From NCBI GenBank assembly GCA_003510795.1, contig DOKP01000084.1:1-33865 (forward strand): a stretch of 33,865 nt of DNA. The letters are read 5' to 3'. Origin of the DNA: Candidatus Moraniibacteriota bacterium. GTDB lineage: Bacteria > Patescibacteriota > Minisyncoccia > Moranbacterales > UBA9337. Below, piece after piece: positions 7,328 through 14,687 of the stretch. The notes below the pieces were generated by a model. The model was not told where the DNA came from. It was given only the letters and a program-made list of their open reading frames with translations, and ran no database searches. Each line of letters starts with the position of its first letter. Position 1 is the first letter of the stretch. A program made the translations under genes and the position numbers.

Positions 7328-8239
7328 TCATAGCCACGAATCCATATTCATCCCCTTTTCGTGGGCTTGCTTGGCCTCATCATCGCTTAAAATCCCCAGA
7401 TAATGCCTGCTAGTTGTTTGAATATCAGAATGACCCAATAATACTTGAATATGACCTAGACTGACACCTTTTTTCATTAAAATTGTGGAGAAACTATGAC
7501 GTATCGTATGGGCGGTGGTACTTTCAGTTAATCCTGCCAATCTGCGATATCTTCTAAAACTTTTCTGAGCATCATTCCTATCCCAGCGATTTGTCTTTCC
7601 TTCCGCTACAAAAATAAATTCTCCCTCATAGCCTCTCTTTTTGATATATTCACGAATATACTCTAACGACCATTCGGTAAAATATAGTTTTCTCTGTTTA
7701 TTGCCCTTGCCGATAATCAATGCTTCTTTTTTCTCCCAGTCTATATCGTTAATTTTTAAGTTTAAAGCCTCTCCTATTCTGCATCCACTTGAAATTAAAA
7801 CTGAGATAAAAGCCCTGAACCTCAAATCCCTCCCATTTCTTTTGCCAATAGAACTGAAAAAATGCATCAACTCTTCTTCAGTTAGATAATCCACTCTCCG
7901 TTTGGGAATTTTAGGTCTTTTTATCTTATCAAAATCCATAACCCGAAGATGCAATTCATTTTGACAGAATCTCAATAATTCTTTGATTACAGATAAATTA
8001 TGAGCTCTAGTTGTTGGTTTTAATTCTCTTAGCTTATATTCTCTTTTGAGTTTTTCAATACAATCCTCGTTTATTTCTGAAACATTCAAATCGCCAAGAA
8101 TATTCACAGTCCATTTAATAACCTTCCCATATTCATAAACAGAAGCAGATGCCATCTCTTTTTCTAGTTCACAATAGTTTAGAAATAATTTTCCAGCTTC
8201 ACTGAGTTTTATTAAGTTTTGTTTTTTAAAAAATAACAT
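7328..8239 (-). CDS. Tyrosine recombinase / phage-type integrase (Int1)
   Basis: SGCRIGEAL (Arg), HTIRHSF (HxxR) and LLGHSDIQTTSRHY (His, Tyr). It is 303 aa, the same length and architecture as the ORF at 32727..33638. Confidence 0.9.
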   Translation of the reverse strand: MLFFKKQNLIKLSEAGKLFLNYCELEKEMASASVYEYGKVIKWTVNILGDLNVSEINEDCIEKLKREYKLRELKPTTRAHNLSVIKELLRFCQNELHLRVMDFDKIKRPKIPKRRVDYLTEEELMHFFSSIGKRNGRDLRFRAFISVLISSGCRIGEALNLKINDIDWEKKEALIIGKGNKQRKLYFTEWSLEYIREYIKKRGYEGEFIFVAEGKTNRWDRNDAQKSFRRYRRLAGLTESTTAHTIRHSFSTILMKKGVSLGHIQVLLGHSDIQTTSRHYLGILSDDEAKQAHEKGMNMDSWL

Positions 8240-8261
8240 TGGATTTTTTATTGTTTTTCCA

Positions 8262-8289
8262 ATGTTACCTTCGTGACAAATTAAGTCAA
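8262..8289 (-). promoter_or_regulatory. Promoter of Int1
   Basis: On the minus strand, TTGACT (8284-8289), a 16-nt spacer and TAACAT (8262-8267). The surrounding ~40 bp nearly duplicates 9920-9960. Confidence 0.5.
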
Positions 8290-8290
8290 A

Positions 8291-9403
8291 TTAGTTATCC
8301 ACTTTCCCTCTTCTTTTAATTTTCTTATTTTTTAAGTTTCCTTTCGCCAGTCTTTTCAAATCTTCCTCTCCCTCAACTCCCCTTAGTCTTCCAGATAAAA
8401 ACCCTAGCTTGTAAGTAGCACCCTCACTCATAAGTCTCCAGTTAGTATAAGATAAAGTCTTCTTTACTAACATCTGAAAATCCTGAATGCTAACTAGTTT
8501 TTCTCTGCCAATTTTATTATCTTGCAAGCTAAAACTAAGAATAACATCTTTCTGAATCTCTGGTTTTTCGAACTCCAAACTAGTAAAGTCAGCTTTTTCG
8601 AGAGCAGGATTAAGAAGTGATTGTAGCTCAACAATCGTCAGCTTCTTGATTTTTGAAATTTCATCATATAACTTAGTGTTCGATTTTCTCTCCTTTGCAT
8701 CATCAGTCAAATCTTTTATTGCTTTCATATGTCCTACTTCAGCTGAATATCTTACGCCATCTTCAGATGATAGACAATATTTCTTGCGATTAGCTTCGAA
8801 ATTAACATCCACCATATCTTCCTCTTCTTTTCTAGTTAAATCCATTGATTCTGCTTCGCTGTAATCACAATCCAAACAAGTATATATTGTTTCAATAAAA
8901 TTGCCTTTTCTTTGATGCTCCGATTGTAAGTGTGCACTGCACTTCGGACACAAAATAGGTTTTGCTTCCCATTCTTTTCCGTTTTCCCAATAAGCTCTTC
9001 GCTTACTGCATTTTTCGCATTGAAACATAAATACAATTTCATCTTTGTCTTTTGAGTAATTCATTAAGTCTCGAGAGATACATTTCATCTTAGAAGAACT
9101 GCACTTGATACAACGCACTCCCTCTGGCTCAATGGCATTTTCCAACTTTTCATCCAAAGCCAAATCTTTCTCCAACCAACCTTGAATAGTTTTTTCTTTA
9201 TCGCAATACCGCTCACCCTTCATAAAATATATTGCAACTGGAGCAACACATTTATCAAAAAAGTCTTTTTTTATTTTAGCGACAGCCTTATCTTTATGAT
9301 CTAAAGAAGTAAGACCATTGCTTTTTTCCAGCTCCTGACACTTCTCAATAGTGAATCTATCATAAAGCTCACTGTAATAAATTTGGTCTTTGAGATTTTT
9401 CAT
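8291..9403 (-). CDS. Hypothetical protein with two CxxC...CxxC zinc ribbons, translationally coupled to the macro-domain gene
   Basis: CIKC..., CEKC, CPKC and CLDC pairs lie in the middle of the protein. The ATG is 2 nt after the macro-gene stop. I recognise no family. Confidence 0.6.
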   Translation of the reverse strand: MKNLKDQIYYSELYDRFTIEKCQELEKSNGLTSLDHKDKAVAKIKKDFFDKCVAPVAIYFMKGERYCDKEKTIQGWLEKDLALDEKLENAIEPEGVRCIKCSSSKMKCISRDLMNYSKDKDEIVFMFQCEKCSKRRAYWENGKEWEAKPILCPKCSAHLQSEHQRKGNFIETIYTCLDCDYSEAESMDLTRKEEEDMVDVNFEANRKKYCLSSEDGVRYSAEVGHMKAIKDLTDDAKERKSNTKLYDEISKIKKLTIVELQSLLNPALEKADFTSLEFEKPEIQKDVILSFSLQDNKIGREKLVSIQDFQMLVKKTLSYTNWRLMSEGATYKLGFLSGRLRGVEGEEDLKRLAKGNLKNKKIKRRGKVDN

Positions 9404-9405
9404 TG

Positions 9406-9915
9406 CTAACTTAAAAGATTTTTATATATTTTATAGTCATCATCTGAGAAGCAGACAAAATATACTCTCTCAATTTGATGTTCCTCTTCCTCGAGAAAAT
9501 CTTTAACAGCCTGAACTGCGATTAACGAGGCTTCATCAATCGGATAGCCATATACTCCAGTAGAAATATTTGGAAAAGAAATTGTCTTTACTCCATTATC
9601 AACAGCTAAATATAGGCTCATTGTATAGCAACTTCGGAGCATATCCGCTTCTCTCCCATTTTCATTTCCATAAATAGGTCCCACTGTATGAATAACCCAT
9701 TTGGCAGGTAGTTTATATCCCTTGGTTATTTTAGCTTCTCCTTCCATACAACCACCAAGAGTTAGGCATTCCTGATATAATTCTTCTCCTGCCACTCGGT
9801 GAATCACGCCATCAACACCGCCACCGCCAAGTAACCTGCGATTAGCAGAATTAACGATAGCGTCAACTTCTATTTTTGTTATATCACCTTTTATAGATAT
9901 GAGTTCTGTTTTCAT
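9406..9915 (-). CDS. Macro-domain protein (MacroD/YmdB-type ADP-ribose or O-acetyl-ADP-ribose hydrolase)
   Basis: GDITKIEVDAIVNSAN, GGGGVDGVIHRVAG and SFPNISTGVYGYP. Confidence 0.85.
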   Translation of the reverse strand: MKTELISIKGDITKIEVDAIVNSANRRLLGGGGVDGVIHRVAGEELYQECLTLGGCMEGEAKITKGYKLPAKWVIHTVGPIYGNENGREADMLRSCYTMSLYLAVDNGVKTISFPNISTGVYGYPIDEASLIAVQAVKDFLEEEEHQIERVYFVCFSDDDYKIYKNLLS

Positions 9916-9922
9916 TTGCTTA

Positions 9923-9950
9923 ATATTACCTTCGTGTGAAGATAAGTCAA
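9923..9950 (-). promoter_or_regulatory. Promoter of the macro / zinc-ribbon pair, probably giving a leaderless mRNA
   Basis: On the minus strand, TTGACT (9945-9950), a 16-nt spacer and TAATAT (9923-9928). Only 7 nt separate the -10 from the ATG at 9915, and there is no SD. Confidence 0.55.
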
Positions 9951-9956
9951 ATTAAG

Positions 9957-10247
9957 TTATCTATTTATGCATGTGTATATGGGAAGTGCAAATGCTCTGT
10001 GATAATTTTGCAACTCTACAAATTTATAGCAATAAGTATCAATGTCATCCTCATCCAATTTACTTCCAGATTGTTTAATCTTGTTCCTCAACCATTCATC
10101 GTCCTTTAGCTTTCTTGAATAGCGACAAACAGTTTTAACGAACACATAAAATCTATCCATATCCAAGGGATGGAAGGATTCTGGATAGTTATTTATCCAC
10201 ACTGTGAAAGCCTGTTCTATAGGATGTTCATTATGTTTTATAGGCAT
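9957..10247 (-). CDS. Hypothetical small protein
   Basis: ATG at 10247 is preceded by GGAG at a 5-nt spacing. The ORF track extends to a TTG at 10280. No recognisable motif. Confidence 0.5.
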   Translation of the reverse strand: MPIKHNEHPIEQAFTVWINNYPESFHPLDMDRFYVFVKTVCRYSRKLKDDEWLRNKIKQSGSKLDEDDIDTYCYKFVELQNYHRAFALPIYTCINR

Positions 10248-10291
10248 ATTTACTCCAATTTCATTAACTCCAATAATCAATCGTGCCGTTT

Positions 10292-10326
10292 ATATCTAGA
10301 TATTAACGCATACTAGCTTCTATGCG
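10292..10326 (-). promoter_or_regulatory. Palindrome plus hairpin between the AbiJ-like gene and the next gene
   Basis: A perfect 12-bp palindrome, atatctagatat (10292-10303). A hairpin, cgcata-N8-tatgcg (10307-10326). TTGACT (minus strand) lies at 10327-10332, but no well-spaced -10 follows it. Confidence 0.3.
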
Positions 10327-10351
10327 AGTCAATCAAAATTATTTGTTTCTT

Positions 10352-11629
10352 TTATCCTTCATTTTTAATCAACAACAATATATCTTTTCTTTTTACTGAC
10401 TCTGGCTTAATTTTGTACACATCACGAATAAATGATATTACTGACATTTGATTATTGTATTTGTGTTTATCATAAATTCTTGTTATATCTTTTTCATTAA
10501 GAATATCAAATATTATAATCAGGCTCACTAGAAATTTATCTGCATTGCGAAATGAATCCACATCAAATTTTGCTATTAGCTCTTCTTTTAAAATAAACAT
10601 TAGATATGAATCACACTTATCGAGAAACAATTTAATTTCTGCCTTTCTTATAATTTCATCCCTCGATTCCAGATTATAATACTTACCTTTAAAATACTTT
10701 CCTTCGCCGTATCGAATATGCGGCAATGCTAATAATTCTGCATACAATTTATTTTTTCTTTTCTTTTGATAGTCCATGACATCATACAAAAACTCAACAA
10801 CCATTTTTGCCGAATTCACTATAAACTTAGCATGATGCTTTAATGGTTTTTCTTCTCTACTATGTCCGTCACTCATTTTATTCCTAATTGATGCAATACC
10901 GTTAATTATTGATGCAACACCTGAAGTAATTTGCTTGAAAGAATCATCAATATCCTTTCTAGTAGCTAAATTCAACATAGTTCTCATTTCATTATAATCT
11001 TTAACTAAATCACCTTTAGTTTTCAGTTCCTCTCCAGTAATTTGCTTGTAAATATCTTTAGTGATTACATCTTCGACTAAAGAACGTGCATTCGTAATTG
11101 CCCCATCATAATCTTTCTCTCTGATTTTCTTATCACACTTATCCAATTGTTCCACTATAAATTTCCTTCCAATCTTGTCCCTATTTTCTATTTCTATTGC
11201 ACAGTTGCTCTCCTTAACGGCATTGAATATTGGTCTTCCTGAAATATATTTTTCAGCAATAACATTATATCCATCTATTTTTAAATTCTTGTTGAAGATA
11301 TCTAGAATTTCGTTTACTTCTTTTTTATCATCTCTAACCAACGGATGCAACATTTCGCATATAAATTTAATAAATATATCATCACTACTATCCATTATTT
11401 TAAGACTAGAATCATCGAAAACCCAATCCTCTTCCCAGTCATCATTCATAACTCTATGCCTATAAATATCGCCCTCCATATCTGAATGCCGAATATCTGT
11501 ACTAGGAAGTGCTTGCAAATTGTATATTCTTTTCAAAAATTCAACTTCGCTCAGTTTACCATTCCAAGAAATGCCTTTTATTTTAAGAGCATCAATGATA
11601 TTTCTTCTTGTAATTTGAGATATATCCAT
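10352..11629 (-). CDS. AbiJ-like abortive-infection protein (AbiJ-NTD4-like N-terminus plus an Abi_C/HEPN-type region)
   Basis: The N-terminus ITRRNIIDALK...WNGKLSEVEFLKRIYNL..LPSTD.R......DIYRH...NDDWEEDWVFDD and FIKFICEMLHPLVR match my memory of AbiJ-NTD4 proteins. IRNKMSDGH is an Rx6H HEPN/Abi_C-like motif. Confidence 0.6.
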   Translation of the reverse strand: MDISQITRRNIIDALKIKGISWNGKLSEVEFLKRIYNLQALPSTDIRHSDMEGDIYRHRVMNDDWEEDWVFDDSSLKIMDSSDDIFIKFICEMLHPLVRDDKKEVNEILDIFNKNLKIDGYNVIAEKYISGRPIFNAVKESNCAIEIENRDKIGRKFIVEQLDKCDKKIREKDYDGAITNARSLVEDVITKDIYKQITGEELKTKGDLVKDYNEMRTMLNLATRKDIDDSFKQITSGVASIINGIASIRNKMSDGHSREEKPLKHHAKFIVNSAKMVVEFLYDVMDYQKKRKNKLYAELLALPHIRYGEGKYFKGKYYNLESRDEIIRKAEIKLFLDKCDSYLMFILKEELIAKFDVDSFRNADKFLVSLIIIFDILNEKDITRIYDKHKYNNQMSVISFIRDVYKIKPESVKRKDILLLIKNEG

Positions 11630-11643
11630 AATATTTATAATAC

Positions 11644-11892
11644 CTATTCCTCATCTGAATTATTTTCCAACTCTTTTTTTACATCATTAAATTCATTTTC
11701 AACTTCCTTAAGTCTAGCTCGGCTTAACTTGATGAGTTCTACTCCTTCTTTGACTTTTTCCAATCCTTTTTCAACATCAACCTCTTCTTGGTTATCAAAC
11801 CAATCGGAAATTGCTTCCAGTTTTTTTAATGATTCTGATAAATTTGAATTTTCCATATTTTTTAAGTTATTTATTAATAATTTTTTTAACAC
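11644..11892 (-). CDS. xseB: Exodeoxyribonuclease VII small subunit
   Basis: SESLKKLEAISDWFDNQEEVDVEKGLEKVKEGVELIKLSRARLKEVENEF follows the XseB helical-hairpin pattern. It overlaps the end of xseA. An alternative ATG lies at 11856. Confidence 0.65.
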   Translation of the reverse strand: MLKKLLINNLKNMENSNLSESLKKLEAISDWFDNQEEVDVEKGLEKVKEGVELIKLSRARLKEVENEFNDVKKELENNSDEE

Positions 11893-13357
11893 TAGATTCT
11901 ATTTCCCCATCGTTTATCTTGCCAATAATGACATCTCCTTCCTTAATTTGGTTAACTGACCTGACTACTTTTCCATCTACCGTAATAATGCTGTAACCTA
12001 ATTTCAATTGTCTTTCTGGACTATTTTGATTAATATTTTTCTCTATACTGGTCAAATTATTATTAGCTTGAATAAGCTTATCTTTAAATTTATCTATAAT
12101 TAATTCTTCAATTTTTTGAACCTTGTATTTTTCGTGTCTGATAGTATGACCAACATTAAGAATAAAGTCTTTTATAGATTGTTCATATTGCAAAAATTTT
12201 CCAATTATAAAAGAGTAAAAATCTTTTATCTGATTTGTCGCCTTCTCTAATTTATCCTTTTCAATTTGCATCATCTCCCTAAAATGCATATACATATTCT
12301 GCAAATAATAATCAATTTTATATGTAGCTTTTTCCCAAGAATTATTTAAAACTTGAGTAACTGCGGTGGGGGTTGATGCGGTTTTGTCAGCCACAAAAGA
12401 AATTAACGGAATATCTTTGTCGTGTCCAATACCACATAAAACTGGCACTGGAATCTTTAACATTTCCCTAATTAGAGTTTCATTGTTAAATGCTTGCAAG
12501 CTTTCCAAACTACCGCCACCCCTGATAATAACAAGCACATCAACTGGATTTTTTTGGAAGTATTTCAATGCACTTATTAAATCCTTTACTGCCATTATTC
12601 CCTCTACTCTAGAATCTACAAAAGTAATTTTATAACCGAATCTTCCTATATTATTTAAAAAATCATTAATCACTGCTCCATCTCGTGAGGTTATTAAACC
12701 AATGCTTTGAGGATAATCTGGGATTAATTTTTTTCTAGAATCTTCAAATAAGCCCTCATCTTTTAATTTCTTTTTCAACTCATCATATGCCTTTTTTAAT
12801 GCCCCTTCCCCAACTAGTTCAATAGTGCTTGTTCTGAAGGTAAATCTTCCATTCGGCTTATATATTTCTGAAAATCCTTGAATTGTTAGTTCCATTCCTT
12901 CCTCTATTTCAATTCCACACATCTTATAATCGTTCATCCACATAAAACAATCTAGGACACTCCCGTCATTTTTATCCTTCAATGAAAAATACAGTTGACC
13001 TTTTAAGTTGAAACTTGATACTTCCCCCTTTATCCTAGCTCCCGTATCGGATAATCTGGAGTTAACATCATCCAGATAACTACTAACAGAATATATTTTA
13101 TCCTCTTTTGAGCTTACTTCAACAAATGATTCGCTACCCAAACATTCATTAATAATTAATAAAACATCTTTGCCATATTTTTGAAATTTTTTCTCTCTAA
13201 TTCCTTTTATGGCAAGCAACTCATCTTTGGTTTTTGGTAAAAGAGTAGCCATAGCTTCAAGCGTCTTATTTTGGAACACTCTATAGAGTTCGCACATTTC
13301 CAAATCCGCTCTTTTTTGCCTCCAACTCTTCAATTTTGTTAATGCCTCTTGATTCAT
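11867..13357 (-). CDS. xseA: Exodeoxyribonuclease VII large subunit with an N-terminal HRDC-like extension
   Basis: OB-fold region GEVSSFNLKGQLYFSLKD. Catalytic region GLITSRDGAVINDF...IIRGGGSLESLQAFNNE...PVLCGIGHDKD. The first ~75 aa (LKSWRQKRADLEMCELYRVFQNKTLEAMATLLPKTKDELLAIKGIREKKFQKYG) look like HRDC. Confidence 0.8.
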   Translation of the reverse strand: MNQEALTKLKSWRQKRADLEMCELYRVFQNKTLEAMATLLPKTKDELLAIKGIREKKFQKYGKDVLLIINECLGSESFVEVSSKEDKIYSVSSYLDDVNSRLSDTGARIKGEVSSFNLKGQLYFSLKDKNDGSVLDCFMWMNDYKMCGIEIEEGMELTIQGFSEIYKPNGRFTFRTSTIELVGEGALKKAYDELKKKLKDEGLFEDSRKKLIPDYPQSIGLITSRDGAVINDFLNNIGRFGYKITFVDSRVEGIMAVKDLISALKYFQKNPVDVLVIIRGGGSLESLQAFNNETLIREMLKIPVPVLCGIGHDKDIPLISFVADKTASTPTAVTQVLNNSWEKATYKIDYYLQNMYMHFREMMQIEKDKLEKATNQIKDFYSFIIGKFLQYEQSIKDFILNVGHTIRHEKYKVQKIEELIIDKFKDKLIQANNNLTSIEKNINQNSPERQLKLGYSIITVDGKVVRSVNQIKEGDVIIGKINDGEIESSVKKIINK

Positions 13358-13374
13358 TTAATATTTTTATTAAT

Positions 13375-13518
13375 TTATTTCTTATATACAGCCTCCAACA
13401 AATCTACAAACTGGCTCGCTATTTTAATTGCGTACTCGTCAGAAATATCTTCTCCAAATTCTTTTTTATAAAGCTCTTTGAATTCTTTTAGTTGTTCGTC
13501 GGTAAAATTTATACTCAT
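13375..13518 (-). CDS. Unannotated 47-aa acidic helical ORF coupled to the NERD gene
   Basis: Hand translation gives MSINFTDEQLKEFKELYKKEFGEDISDEYAIKIASQFVDLLEAVYKK. The ATG is 1 nt after the NERD stop. The ORF is below the ORF-track size cut-off. Confidence 0.4.
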   Translation of the reverse strand: MSINFTDEQLKEFKELYKKEFGEDISDEYAIKIASQFVDLLEAVYKK

Positions 13519-13519
13519 C

Positions 13520-14287
13520 TTATTTAGCATCTCTATTATATTTCTCAATTTGAACTGATATTAACTTTATTCTATCTGCATCAAGTATATTTTTCTCATT
13601 TTTTAGAAATGATGGTAATGCTTTTTGGTTTAAAACCCAAACATCAGCACCTCTCGGCTGTGGCTCGATAAACCAATCTGGAAAAATAACCACTGGTCTC
13701 ACATCCATTTTTATTCCAGTTGAGTCTGAAATATATTCCTGAAGCCAATATGCCTGTGATTTTGCTTGAAATATAGTGCTTCTATCGATACCCAGCCCAT
13801 CAATTTTCATATTATCACCATCACGTTTAATCTTTTGAATCCCACTGAATTTACTCCTCACTTTTGTCTCAATAGTAAATGCTCCTGCAGGGCCAACAAT
13901 TATATGGTCAATATTAAACATTCCGTCAACAACTATGTCGTGAAACACTTTATACCCCACCTCTCTCATTTGCTCCAAACTTTGACCAACTATTTTTTCT
14001 CCATCTCTTCCTAGTTTGATATTTTTAAATTTTGTCCAAAGCTTTATGATCTTTGCCATAAAATACACCACAGCAACCAGTGCGATAATAGTCCAGATTA
14101 TTGGACTTGGGGGTTTGTTAAAAATTTTATCCGTCCATTCAATCAATGCAACAATAAAAAATACGAATATTATAAAAATATATGATATTAAATCATACAC
14201 AATATCCCTCATTTTTTCATCCAGTGACTGACCTGGGTTACGCAAAGGTCTATTTTTTAGTGGAGAATGCTTTTTATTTTCTAACAT
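13520..14287 (-). CDS. Membrane-anchored NERD (nuclease-related) domain protein
   Basis: Two N-terminal TM segments, then GRDGEKIVGQSLEQMREVGYKVFHDIVVDGMFNIDHIIVGPAGAFTIETK, the typical NERD core. Confidence 0.75.
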   Translation of the reverse strand: MLENKKHSPLKNRPLRNPGQSLDEKMRDIVYDLISYIFIIFVFFIVALIEWTDKIFNKPPSPIIWTIIALVAVVYFMAKIIKLWTKFKNIKLGRDGEKIVGQSLEQMREVGYKVFHDIVVDGMFNIDHIIVGPAGAFTIETKVRSKFSGIQKIKRDGDNMKIDGLGIDRSTIFQAKSQAYWLQEYISDSTGIKMDVRPVVIFPDWFIEPQPRGADVWVLNQKALPSFLKNEKNILDADRIKLISVQIEKYNRDAK

Positions 14288-14299
14288 TTATATTTTTTA

Positions 14300-14662
14300 T
14301 TAATTTAAAAGTATTTGTAAATCATTTTTAAATTTTTTAGGAGACTTCGCTAAAGACAAAGCTATAAAATCACTTATCTTATCCTCTTTTTTTATTTTTT
14401 TAAGTATTCTTAATATAAATTTTTCATGTGAGATTCCACAACCTTTTAAATAAAAAATAACATAACCCATAAAGCATAGAGCATCTAGCCATTTTTTTTC
14501 TTTAGCACAAATGATTGCCATTTGATAATACATCATATACCAGCTATCATTATTCGATTTTTTAAGTTCTAGCAGTGAAAAATTTGCTTCACTCCAAGCT
14601 TTATCATATTCTTTTCTTTTAATAAGCTCTTCGATTTTATCTAGGTATACAATAAAACTCAT
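14300..14662 (-). CDS. Small helical-repeat (TPR-like?) hypothetical protein
   Basis: 120 aa, all-helical in appearance (KEYDKAWSEANFSLLEL...YYQMAIICAKEKKWLDAL). It lies 12 nt upstream of the NERD gene. Confidence 0.45.
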   Translation of the reverse strand: MSFIVYLDKIEELIKRKEYDKAWSEANFSLLELKKSNNDSWYMMYYQMAIICAKEKKWLDALCFMGYVIFYLKGCGISHEKFILRILKKIKKEDKISDFIALSLAKSPKKFKNDLQILLN

Positions 14663-14687
14663 AGTTTTAATATTAATTTATACAATA

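Noticed and set aside
9406-9915. Macro-domain gene as the DarG antitoxin of a DarTG system
   Set aside because: DarT normally precedes DarG, and I see no DarT-like (DUF4433-type) features in either neighbour. The partner here is a zinc-ribbon protein of unknown fold, so the known system does not fit.
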